This document shows, in pieces, positions 25,551 through 37,673 of a stretch of DNA of 64,000 bases. The stretch comes from Camelus ferus (taxonomy: Eukaryota). The DNA is taken from the NCBI RefSeq assembly GCF_009834535.1, contig NC_045697.1, positions 113,276,001 to 113,340,000 of the forward strand, read 5' to 3'. The notes beneath the pieces were generated by a model. It was not told the DNA's origin, searched no databases, and saw only the letters and a program-made list of their open reading frames with translations. The first letter of the stretch is position 1. Each line of letters begins with the position of its first letter. The translations under genes were made by a program, and so were the position numbers.

Positions 25551-26401
25551 TGCAAATCAGTGAAAATGTTAGCAGTTTGTTTTACTTCTTGTAAAATTTC
25601 CGTTTTTATAATAAGTAGAGACTGGTGAACTTCCAAAATTCTGTTTGTTTTTCAAATACCTTCTCAGAAAATTTGTTTTTGCACTTTAAAGACTATGTGT
25701 AGGTTTTTTACATGTTTGACTTGAAATGTAATATGGTTTTTAATCCATAATTTAATTTAAGAGAAACTCTGCCTTAATTTTAACAGTGATCCTATAAACT
25801 ACATTATTCTTCAGGGAGCTATTTTAGCTTTCAGTGGTAGGCTGAAGACTTCAGGCTAAATTTAGCAGCTGTTAGAAATAATGCAGTAGAGAGGCAGGCT
25901 CTGGAAGTAGGTAAATTCAAGATACTGAATTTGAAACATTAAAGCACTTAGAAAAAGTATCAATTACAAAATAGTAACCTAGTTAAACTAGGCAGATCTA
26001 TTCTTATCCTGAAGCAGAGAGACCATCTTCACCCTGAAAACAAAAAAGGTTTTTGTTGAAAACCAGTAGCCTTTCTTAAATATCATGAGATTGATTTAAA
26101 CTGAATGAATAACTTAGTTTAATCTGTACTTCTATCTGTAAATAATTTCTTTTACTCTGTTGTTTCACAAAGCTTTAATATTTGTTTTCTCATTCATTCT
26201 TCCATTCAGAAAATCTTTTCAGGATTTATTATTGGTATTTGAACACTGAGAGACATTTATGAATTAAACAAAGATCTTGGATTCATAAGACTTAATTTTA
26301 CAGGAAAACAGAGACAATAACTAAGTAAATATATATGGTAATTTCATGAGAAGGTATTTACTATTTGAAAAAAGCACAGTGAGCTAAAGAGTGACTGGTA
26401 T

Positions 26402-26482
26402 TGTTACCAAGTCCAAACTCATACTGCTCACCACACAACAGGCCAGTAAATCCAGAGAGGAGGTGTTGGGGCAAGGAATAGC
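26402..26482 (-). mobile_element. Truncated fragment of the same ERV1 LTR family as 19324/21204
   Basis: TGTTACCAAGTCCAAACTCAT...GAGGTGTTGGGGCAAGGAATA matches the terminus of those LTRs. Confidence 0.75.
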
Positions 26483-26489
26483 ATTCTCT

Positions 26490-26690
26490 TGTATAAAATC
26501 TTAATTAACGTTCACATGAACTAAATGGGATCGTATTGTTTATCTCCATTTTACAGATGGAAAAGGAAATTTAGGTACGTTAGGCTATCTGGCCAAAGTC
26601 TCTGTTGCACTAACACAGAAACAGTAGTGCTGAGATTTGAACACAGGTCTATTTAGCTGGGAACACTAAGCTCTGCTTAATCACTGTGTT
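26490..26690. mobile_element. MIR SINE fragment
   Basis: Core motif TATCTCCATTTTACAGATGGAAAA...GAGATTTGAAC. Confidence 0.6.
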
Positions 26691-27811
26691 AGTCACTAGT
26701 ACCTAGAGTTTAAACCCCTGCCTCTCTTTGGAAGATTCCCCATGATCCACCCCATCAGTCTTCCTTAACTTTCTATCACTGCTGAACTTTCATTTGCAAT
26801 TCTACATTTCAAATATGTTCCTAGTTTACCTCCTGTGCATTGACACTTTTACTTCAATTAAACTGTAAGCTCCTTAAAACTAGAGATTATGTATAATTCT
26901 CGTTTTAATTTCTATTAAGGCCTAGTACTATGGAGGGCACACTGTACGTTCTCGAGTGAATAACAGATAAAATCTTTAGCCCAGTCCTTTGCACGCATGC
27001 ATGCTTAATAAATGGTCCCAGTGATTACTATTACCTGAGTGGCTGGTGCATTAAATTGAAGTTCTAATAGAAAACCAGAAAATTCTGATCTCTACTTCGA
27101 TCCTAAGCACTTTGTGCCTGCCTTCCTTATGATCTGGAGCAATGGTTTCTCAAGCCAAGGTAGTCATTCTAATCCCTATCTCATCCTTTCTATGAAGCAG
27201 TGCCGACCATAACAGCAACCAGCAGCAACACTTTGTCCACGATTAGTGCTCTCCTTAAACTGGGAGTGCTTTGGAGAAAGAAAAGAAATGGAAGAGTTAC
27301 AGTAATATTTTTGAGATGAGTGGTCAACGCGCTTGCTGTCTATGGATGGCTGTAAATCCACTTAACCTAAATGAAGTTTACTAGAAGTAGTTCCCGGGCT
27401 CAAGTTTCTGATGTGCAGAGCCTCGCATAACCGTGCACTCCCCTATCTTGCCATCTTCCTCTTCATAGCTCAGTCTCAGTGGAAATGGCCCAGATCCAGC
27501 AGAAGGAAAGCCTCGCCATCTGGCCTTGCGGACGAGCAGCGGTTCCCAGGACGCAGCGAAACCGGCGGCTTTAGGACCCCGCGGGGTCTCTGCCCCAAAG
27601 GCCTGTGGCAGCCCCCTCCGCCCCGCCCGAACGGACGCCGGCGCGTCGCGTTACGTCACGCGCTCCCCGGAAGTGCCGCTGCGTGCGCAGCGGGGGCGCG
27701 TCTCCGGACTGCTCCGCGTGTGGCTACCTGAGGAGCGCGGGAACCGGGCCGGCGCGTCGCCCCCGCCGCGGAGGGGCTGTATCTCCCCACCGAGACCCCG
27801 AGCGCGGCGCC

Positions 27812-28077
27812 ATGGAGGTGGTGGAGGCCGCTGCCGCTCAGCTGCAGACTCTGAAATTCGGGAGCGCCGGCGTCGCGGTGGCCCAGGGTCTGGCCGTGCC
27901 GGCTCCGGACCCCGCTCCGGTCGCTGCGCCGCGGGCGGACGAGGGGTGCCCGGACCCTGCGGGGGAGCAGCCGCCTCAACCCGCGCCACAGTCGCTCCCG
28001 GAGCCGCCTCCCGGAGGGAGCTGCCCGGAGACGTCGGACTCGGATTCGGACTCGGACTCCGACTCCGACTCGGACAG
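27812..28077 (+). CDS. NAF1: NAF1 coding exon 1 (MEVVEAAAAQLQTLKF...SDSDSDSD)
   Basis: Strong Kozak context GGCGCCATGG; in frame with ORF 27605..28306. The donor is CAG|GTCGGG (phase 2), and AG+T gives Ser with exon 2. Confidence 0.93.
28034..28075 (+). repeat. Coding hexamer repeat (TCGGAC/TCCGAC)n encoding a Ser-Asp dipeptide run
   Basis: TCGGAC TCGGAT TCGGAC TCGGAC TCCGAC TCCGAC TCGGAC read directly. Confidence 0.9.
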
Positions 28078-30490
28078 GTCGGGCGCCTGGCGGCCGGGAG
28101 CGCGCGGAGGGCCGGGCCGAGACGGCCGGAGGGAGGGGGGCGGGAGGCCGGGGCAGCGCTCCTCGCCGCCCCGGCTCATCGCGCTGGGGACGCGAGCCCC
28201 ACCGTCAGCCCCCTTCTCCGTAAGTCTGGGGTCTGAGCGTGCTGTGTACGTGGTGCACTTTCAGTTAGAGCACGGAGCACCTGAGGGTTTGGGATTATTC
28301 CCGTAACTCGGCTGTCCTTTTGTGGTTAAATCTAACAGTTTGTGTCAGATCTGACTTTTCCCCATCAAGCTGAGTGTGTGCTCTTGTGATTTGAACCGGA
28401 TAAACGGAGCCTCGGTTAGATTCTGTGTTTCCATATTGGCTCCTGGCAGTTTCGTTAATTCGTAGAATCCCTGTGGTGAGCTAGTGTTCATGCAATTAGC
28501 GAAACAGTGTCCTTTTACTGTTATATTGTATGTTCTGCGTGGGTTTTACTGGAGGCTCTCCGCGCTCCGCAGTGTTTTTTCAATAGGAAAGTCCTGTGGT
28601 GGGAGGGGACTTAGGCGTGACGTTGCTAAACCACGCTGAACATTGTCTACAAGTGTTCGAGTGTGTCGTGCGATACTGAACCGATGAACAAAGTAGACAC
28701 GACCTCTGCTCTATATTCTAGTGAGAGAAACGGAAAATAAAAGTAAACCGATCAGTCAGTCAGTCAATCAATAAGAGTTGATGAAAATCAGGAAGGAACC
28801 AGCAGAGCACTGGGAAAGTAATCGGAGAGCCCAGCCCAGTAGGATCCCCTGGCCATGTTAAGGTTTTAATTCCGTGGTGCCAGAGACACTTTTGAAGAAT
28901 TTTAAGCGTAAGTTTTGCTCTGTAGAGATGGAGCTGAACTGAGTTGAAGAGCGGAAGCAGTGAATCAAGGTTGGCCGGGGTTAGTGTGGAAGCGGTTGGA
29001 AAAATGTTGCATTTGGCGAGGATGTGACCGTGTCTGGAGTAAATCATTTGAAGTCTCCTTGGTCATGCTCACTGATAGATGTGGTCGTGACCTAGACAAA
29101 GAGACATCAGCTGGGTGGGTGGGGGCGCGGCTTACTGAGATGAGGAGTAGTTTACCTCGAATGGAGGCTGTAGACCTATAGGAATGTTAAATTTGGACAG
29201 TTAATTTGAGATTTCTCTCACAGCAAAATTGGAGGTGTCTGGTAAGCGGTAAGATAATGAGTTCAGAGAACAGTTCTGATATGGAGATGTAAATTGGAGC
29301 ATTGGATTACAGATAAAACTTTTAACATTTTATTGTGGACGTTTTCAAATTTCATATAGCTCCGTATAACTCTGTACTAAGAAGTACAGAGAGTAATAGA
29401 ATGAACGCACATATACTCATCACCAAACTTGACAGTTTCCAGTATCTTGCTAGTCTCGTTTTATCATACATTTCTAACTTGTTTTTTAACCTGATAGTCT
29501 TAAAACAAATCTCAGACAGCATGCCACCTTACCTTTGAGTTCTTTACTATGCATCTCTGATAAAATGCTTTTTACAGAACCACCATGTCATTATCAGTCA
29601 TAGTAAAATGAACCCTAATGCCTTAATAGCACCTGATACCCACTCTGTATTCAGATTTTTCCAGTAGAATGAAGTCATGTTACCAATTTTGTCATTGGCT
29701 GTAAGAATGCAATAGCTTGAGATGATTCCAAGATACCTATGGCTTTTGACTGGATTGAGGACTAAACAATGAAATAAAATAGAAGTTCAAAGAGAGAAGC
29801 AGATTTAGTTAGGAGGATGCACTGTTTTTTTCCGTTTAACCAGTTGTAAGTAGGAGATGTGTGTTGGTTATTCATACTGCAGTTGCCAGTTAGCCACCAG
29901 AGATTAGGGGTGGGGCTTAGGGATATCACGGTTGAAGATTTTGGACTTAACCTGCACATCAGTAACGATTGAACTCATTGGAATGAATGAGATTATCCGA
30001 GGAAAGAGTACCAGAGAGAAGAGAAAATGAGGATAGAACTCTTAGAAACAGCCATAAAGGGGGTAGAAGAGGGTACCGGCAAACAGAATTTAAACCAAGA
30101 GGAGAGATAAGGGCCAAAGGAGTTTTCAGAGAGTAGATTATTCAGCATGATTGGTAACTTCAAGAAGTTTCCAAATTATCTGAAGACTGAGAAGAAACTT
30201 CCTTGGCTTAATTGTGATCTGGTCCTTGGTAACTAATAGGTTCCTTGCCCAGAATACTGCCAGTGGTTTGTCACACAATTATATGCAGACAGAGGTATGG
30301 CATTTGTAATAAGAGGGTTTTTATAGCAGGGGCTTTGAAAATGTGATCAGTGGGTTTATGAAATGCTAGCTTCAACTGTAAACGTCTAGTAAAGTAGGTA
30401 TTTCCTAGCTGGAAAATGTTACATAATACCAACATAATAATGCTTTTTTTTTTTTTTTTTTTACTGTTTTCAACTTTTTCTTCTCTCCAG

Positions 30491-30656
30491 TGAAACAGAT
30501 TCCGATAGTTCAAGCTCCTCCTCTTCCTCCTCGTCATCCTCATCATCTTCTCGTGTATCACTTCCTCCAGTGCTGTCAGATGGAGAAGATGATTTTCAAG
30601 TTGAGAAGGAAAATAAGAACTTTCCTCTTAAAACAAAAGATGAGTTACTTCTTAGT
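30491..30656 (+). CDS. NAF1: NAF1 coding exon 2 (ETDSDSSSSS...KNFPLKTKDELLLS)
   Basis: Long polypyrimidine tract ending TCTCCAG, donor AGT|GTAAGT; encodes the poly-Ser tract. Confidence 0.96.
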
Positions 30657-33600
30657 GTAAGTACTTAGATTTGTTACTGAACTTAACTTACATGTCCTGA
30701 ACTGTATTATGGTACTGTTACTGATCTCATTTGGTCTATATCTTCTCTCTGAATTTGAAGACCATTCTTATTGGTCATACTTTTGCCACGTCCTGGCTTT
30801 CCTTCTTAAGAGAGGATTGATCTGAATACTTTCTCAGATTGCTTCTAACTCTGACAGTTGATAATTGTGCTGGGTGTCCAGTTGAGCTTGCTGCTTTTCA
30901 TTTTTTACCTTCCCTAAAGATTGCGAAGATTACAACTCTTTTTATTGTTGTTCACAAGTCAGAAAAGTTTGCTCACTAGCAACTGAAATTATTAATTGAT
31001 TGTGTTTAGAGAAATAGTGAAATTAGATCAGTTGCACTTTTGAGGATTTCTGTTACTTGAAGTTTTTGGAGCATTTTTATGATTACAGTTGGAGAAAACT
31101 TGTTTATTGTGGAATAGTATTTACTGGCGTTTTGTAGGGTTTTTTTTAATAAAGTAAACTCTTATGTGGTATTTCCTCTTAAATAAGCTGTTCCTTTTAA
31201 GTAAGCTGTTCCTAGGAGGTTTTGGTAGTCTGCTTGAAACTTTATGATCCAAGAGGAAGGCTTCTCAGAATTTCACAGCGTAGGCTGTATTGCCGCCTGT
31301 TTATTCTCACCACTCCCACGTGCACTTAGTTATGAATGCTTTTCAAGAGTTTAATGATCACTAATTACAATTATATAACACTTAGGTCAGTGAAGTAATA
31401 GTAAAGCATGATTTCAAAAAGAAAATTAAAGCCTAGAGGCGTTCAGGTACTTTTTCATGACTGTGTCCCATCAGTATTACTGCTTTTTCTCTCGTAATAA
31501 GAAATTCCTTATCTTACTTATGCCTCCTGTATTGCGAGCCCTGGGATTTGTATGCGGCTTCATCAGTGATGTGTGCTCTCGTACTGTGGACGCTGAACTC
31601 TCAGTGGTCTTTTTACACAAAGGCTTGCCCAGCTTAGGGCTGTTTTCTGAAAGTATTGGGAGATTGGTCTTTTCACTTATCTTGATCACCTTTTGACCTA
31701 AGTTCTTTCTTAGAGTATGAAAATCAATAAATAAAGGACACGTGTGTGTGTTTGATTTTTCTTATCTTGCTAGATCTGGACTTCTTCACTCAGGAATCCC
31801 TTAAAATTTAATGCAAAGTCTTAGTCAATTTACCTAAGTATTTTTCTGGCTAGAGTGCCCATATTTTCATCAGAAAGGATCCCTGTCCACAAAGAGGCCA
31901 GGAGGCATGTTCTTGAGGACTGAGTTCATGCCTGATCTTTGTGGCTCCCATGCCCAGCACAGTGTTTTACAGGTAACAGGGTTCTCAGTCAGCAGTTATA
32001 CGTGGTTGTGCATGAGTGAGTGGCTGGGCATCCTATATACACTCATTTTTAAACTGCTGTCACACCTGCCATGTGCCAGGTGTTACGAACAAGACCCCTC
32101 CAGCTTCTGCTCTCATAGTAGCTACTGCAGAGAGACAGGCAGTAAATACAGCAGAGACAAGTACAGTTAATTGCTGGAAGTGCTACTGAATTGTGTGGCT
32201 GTATGCTAGGCTCGTATCAGAAAATCTCAGTTTTGCTGGGAAGTATGTTAGCTTTTAAAACTCGGGAGAGTGGGCTGGCATGTTCCTTTCTGTGCCAGTT
32301 CCGAGGGATCTTTGGGAAGGGTGGAAGAGGCAGTAATCTTCTTTATTGTTAAGTTTTGGATTCTTAACTGGCTGTTTACTTTATATTTTTATGATTAGGA
32401 AGTAAACGTACTAGGAGATTGTAGACTTCAGAACACTCTGCTGCTAGAGAGAAGTGGCGGAGTGAGCTTCCTGGGCTGCCCTGTGACCTAGGGCTCTGGA
32501 AGAGTGTGGGGACTCCTTCAGGACTTGAGCTCTGAAGTTCAGGGGAAGAGAACGACTTGGCCCTGAATAGGGCCAGTGACGGTGTGGCGGCAAGTTCTCA
32601 GAATATTCAGGATTCTGCTCTCTGTCGTTCAGTAGGTGCTTTTCCATGGGGCTAGTGGTCTGGCCACTGATTCTCCTGTATGAAAGTCACGGAGTGAACT
32701 TTCCCTGGTTGACTGGGCACCTGGGATGCAGGCCTGAACATGTGATGGAGGCTAGTGAAGTGGGTGTTTCGGTCGCCTGGACCTGAATTACGTAGTCACT
32801 CCTGATGGTGTGGAGAGTGTGTAAGAAAGTGTATGCTTGAGACAGCATGTGGGCAAGTGTGTAAGATCCCAGTGACAGAAGGGACACTCGAGAGTGTATT
32901 TTGAAGGGGATGGGGTTTGGGTGGGTGGTATCCACCTCGTACAACCACAGGGAGTGGGTTCTCTGTCACGGAAAGGGAGGCCGAAAACATTTCAGAAGGG
33001 GATGCTGTTCAGTCAGTGACACGAGTTAGCCTTTCAAGCTGCTTAGCAGCAGTAACTACGTGTGACTTAATGGACTCTTGGCTGCAGCAGAGACTCGGAT
33101 GCCGTCAAGAGAAGGGGATTCGCTGTGAGCTTGCCTGCCTGGGAAAGCCACAGGGGGCTGGTGAGGATGGCCACGCTGTTGCTTTTCTCCACTTCGTGGG
33201 CAATCTCATAGTTCTGAGTGTTGCTGTGTTCTTTCTTTACTGGCTGACTTCCTGCGTCTACCTGTAGATTCATCTTTTTAGTTCTAGCTTGTACATGGAT
33301 TTCTTGTCCCTGGCTCAGAATTGGTACCTTCTACTTTCAACTCCTCCGTGAACTGGCCACTAGTACCATATTTCTTCACCGACTTTTGGCACAGTCCTGT
33401 TACTTAGCTTAGGGTTGTGGTTTGTTTTTTTTTTTTTTTTCCCCCCAGAAGATGACAGTCCTCTCTTCTGGGAAGTGTCCCCTCTTTTGTTACAGCTGGC
33501 TCTGGCAGTATCGAGTGTGCTGTTGGGTCAGGTCTGCCGGGATGTGTCGTCTTAGGCAGCAGGGCTTGTGCAGGGGAGTTGTTTGCTCTAGGTAGTTACT

Positions 33601-36600
33601 TAATTTCCTAATGAAAGCCTGAAGATCAGTGAAATACACTGTTGTCTTTGCTAAAAGGTATACAGAAATTAAAATGGGCCAAACAGTTAGTACCAGATTC
33701 TGAGTTTGTGCTGGGTCTTGGAGATCTTTAAAATGTAGGCATGCCCAGTTTAACCGAGTTCTATGTCCTGCCTCTTTTTAAAGTGTCTCGTATCCTAGGC
33801 TGTTTCCTATGTCATTCAGACATGCTGAGCCTAAGTTTTACCTCCATTCAGTCTGTTTGTCAGGCAAGAATATCACCTCCCTGGGTCCAGCTTTTTCTAT
33901 CTTTTCCATTGTTGGCAAGTTAGATCCTAGAGATTTAACTACTAACATACAGCTCTTTAACTGTAGGCAGATGGGAGCTACAGTGAAGGACTCTCGAGAT
34001 TGTTCAGTCCCTTGGCATGACAGGATGTGGTGATAACTTGATGGGAGAAGGAGGAAAACAGAGGCATTGGTCAGCCATAGAGGTGTTGAGAAGGAGCGTG
34101 GTACTAATGGCTCTTTTCTCAGTGTCACAGTGATGTAATACATGACGTTAAAGTTAACCAAGTGGAATCACTCTTCTGAACATAGACCCTTTAATACTGA
34201 GAAGGTTTATGTGTGACCTAGACAGTAAACAAGCAGCGTGCACGTTACAGCTTTGGAACCACGTTACACCACATGGGGTTATTCAGGGTTTCAGCGAATT
34301 GGAAAATTAGGTGCTTTCTGAAAAGTTTTCTCAGCAATTTATGCCCTCAACTCCTCATTCAGATAAATCAGATGTAATTAAAATGTAGAATCCTAAAAAC
34401 ATTTACGGGATTGTGACATTTCGAAGTCTTAACCAGAAATGAACTGTATAAATTATTGCCTATTGTTTTTTCTTCTGAAAGCCTGAAATTTGTACATATT
34501 TAAAAATTATGATTATAGTGCTTATGGGAATAAAACATGGATAATACTGCAACAGAGAAATTATATTATTTTTACACATAATATAGTATGACCAAGAAAA
34601 AACCTTAATGCTTGTAGGCAGTTCTTGGTAAATTGACCATCATAATTTAGAGACTGAGTATGTTATGTTGTAAAACTAATGCAATATAATTAGGTTGACA
34701 CTTTTGGTAGTTGTAGTTAGGTTGAGTACACATTTTCTCTTTCTGATTCTGGCAGTGCAGGCCCATATCATGAAACAGCCTAACGTGAGGATGTGGAAAT
34801 ACTGGGGTCACCTCAAGTGGTCTGAAGTTACAGTGGATTATTTCACAGCCTTTTGGTTTCCCACCATCTTGGAATTGTTTTGCACCTTGTTCTTAATAAT
34901 TGTTGATAGAATGTGTTGTTTTTAGGGCCTAACTTGGTTTTATAAGTTTTGTCCTAAATGTGAGCCTTATTCAACTTCAGCTTTTTATGACTCAAGTATA
35001 TTTGGAATTAATACATTGTATCTTACAATACTGATGACACTTATTAACATTATTCTCAAAATGCCTGATATTTAAGAAATGGCTTATATAATTAAAAGAA
35101 AATTTTTCATTAATACTTGGTGCTTTTTTAAGACTGTTCAGATTTTTCTAAAAATAACAATTTTGGCTTCACTGTACAAAGTTATTTCAATAAAGTTTAT
35201 TTCACACACAAATAATCCTGAATACTGTTTTATTCAGTAGAGTGTCCGTATGTGTCCTGTGTATATACACGTATGTGATCGTTATTACATAGAAATGTTC
35301 CATTTATTAGTTCCCAGTTGATTTTGGTGAGCTGTGATTGCTTTAGGGGATAAAGACAAAGGTCCGTAGAGAAGGATCCAGTTGGAGAGCGAGCATACAC
35401 ACTTCGCTGAAAGCAGGGCACCACCAGGGAGGTGATGACGGACCGGTACCGGGCGCAAGCAGCCTGAGGGCTGAGCGGAAGGAGGGGACGGTAACTCGGA
35501 CTGCGGTGGTCAGCGACCGCATCACAGCCTGACCTCAGAATAAGGGTGGATAGGATCTGCGTGGAAAGACTGAACTCTTCCCAATTAAAGGACCAAGCCT
35601 GCTGCAGGAGAGTTGTGTTCCCAGTGTCAGCTACGCTCTAGGATCTCAGGGAATGTTTCTTTCTTCATTCATTCATCATCCGTACAATTATTGCCAACAG
35701 TTCTAAAATGGGCACTTACTAACCTTTCAATGCTTATGAAAAATTGGGACTATTAATTGATGGCATTTATTAGTTTTACAGTTATTTGGCAGTGCTTTCA
35801 TCTTCGTGGTATATAATAAAGCCTGATTTGGTAAAATACGGACTCCTCAGTTAACATAAAAGATAATGTTTAGGATTATATTCATCATTGAGAGTTTTTT
35901 CTTATTGAGATGGTTTATGATTTTATTTTACTTTTATATTTATGCCAGTCAACTTTTGAAGATATTCTTAGGAACTTTGTTTTTGTGACAGTAATTTTAG
36001 AGAAAAATGGAATGAGAACATGTATTTTATTTTAAACAGACTTCAAAGAAGTTTTGACTTTAGTTTTTAGGTGAAAATATTTAATGGGCTAGTGTGAATC
36101 TAAATTCAGTGCCATGTGTGATAGGGTTATTAGTAATAAGAGCAGTTGATGCTTGCTGGTGACAGCCAAAGAAATGGCTGAGTTCCACGGAATGTTGTAA
36201 AAGCTCTTCCCTTGGAGGAGCTGATGAAATCGACTAAGTGTTCTGTGCAGTCAGAGTTGACACACAGTGTACGGACCTAATCCATTCTTTTTTCCAATAT
36301 GTTTTACCAGCTGTAGGAAAAAAAAAGTTCCCAGTCATGGCACTCAGTCCTGCAGGGATTGGATCCTACTTTCCAACCATATCTGAAAAGTGAAGGCTCA
36401 CCCAGTAGCATCAGGTAACTGGCTGCCACATGCATGTCCTCCCTTCCTGGGTAATATGAGAAAGTGGTCCAGTAGTTCCATTCCACTTTCCTCACTTTAT
36501 GAAATCCTCCCCAAACTAGCACCAAAAAGATCTGTTGCCTTTTGGAATGTTTGAGTCCTTTCCCGCCTTCTGATGCCCTTTTCCTGTATTTGTGAGTGAA

Positions 36601-37492
36601 AACCTAGATCGAGGTTCTTTAGATAATTTTGCCTCAGAAGATCATCAGTTACTGATTTTTTTTTCCTTCCCCAGTGACGGGCCTTCATAGACGTAGGAAA
36701 GTCAAGGCCACTGTAGCGTATGAACCTCTTCTCAGAGGGCCGCTTTTGACCCACTAGCTTCTTCCGTTTTGGGGCTGGAATTCTTAGACACCCATTTTTG
36801 ACTAAAGTGTCTACCATTTAATTTTTAAGAGGGTGGATTTTTAATGTTATGTGCTACTCATTGGGATATTTTGTTTCACTGAGCGGCTGTATTGGCCACA
36901 CACATGTCGGAGAATCAGAATGTAGTACTGTTCTTAGAACAGACAGTCGTTGGTCTTCCTCAGCTATTTCAGAAGTGTGGTTGAGACCTTGCATTTGTTT
37001 ATCACCATAGCTGTAAGAATCTCTTCTCCAGAATCAGAGTAGCTTGTTCATGTCTCATATGTAATTTCTGTATTAATGTGCTGTCATTTTGGTTACATGC
37101 TGTTAAATGTCTTTCTAAAATTGTATCATTAATCACATGTATGAATTACTCAGAACTTTTTTTGCTTAGTTTCTCACTACTTACAGATGAGAAAACTGAG
37201 ACCCAGAAAGAAAGAGACTTGCCTGAGGTAGTGAGTAGGGAGGCACGTATTCAGAACTAGCACCAGGGAGATTCCAGTCAGCTCTTTATTTAGTTATTGG
37301 GAGTCCTGCTTAGCAATGTGGGAATGTGGTCAGTTGAACTTCCTGATTAACAGTAACATGGTGCATGCTGTTATAATGTGGTCTTAAAAATTATCCTTGC
37401 ATTAATGGCCAAAAGCAGATTGATCCTCTTACTCCTGTGTATAGATATATATTTTGTAATAGAGGGCTCTTTGGCTGTATGAGAACGTGAAA

Positions 37493-37673
37493 CAGTGCTG
37501 TGCAGGTGATCTTCTGCAGTGATGGAAATGTCCTGTATTGATGCTGTCTTCATACTGTATTGAGTACTTGAAATGTGGCCAGTGGTACTGAAGACTGCAT
37601 TTAAAATTTAATTTAATTTTACTTAATTAAATTTAAATGACCAAATGTATTCTTGTCTTTATTGGATAAGCAG
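37493..37673. mobile_element. MER3-like hAT MITE in NAF1 intron 2
   Basis: CTGCAGTGATGGAAATGTCCTGTA...TTGAGTACTTGAAATGTGGCCAGTG...TTAATTAAATTTAAA. Confidence 0.6.

Larger units (their letters stand above)
27500..28260 (+). promoter_or_regulatory. CpG-island, TATA-less promoter of NAF1
   Basis: Abrupt rise in GC and CpG density. Motifs: GC box CCGCCCCGCCC (27618-27628), CRE-like TTACGTCA (27651-27658), non-canonical E-box CACGCG (27657-27662), ETS/GABP CCGGAAGTG (27667-27675), E2F-like GCGGGAA (27737-27743). Confidence 0.88.

Noticed and set aside
1..27400. Short ORFs upstream of NAF1 as a second gene or processed pseudogene
   Set aside because: None resembles a known protein or forms a consistent exon chain, and most overlap TE relics.
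27411..28306. Several long overlapping ORFs on both strands (236, 233, 112, 107 aa)
   Set aside because: A by-product of stop-codon scarcity in the CpG island. Most begin at non-ATG codons, and only 27812-28077 matches NAF1.
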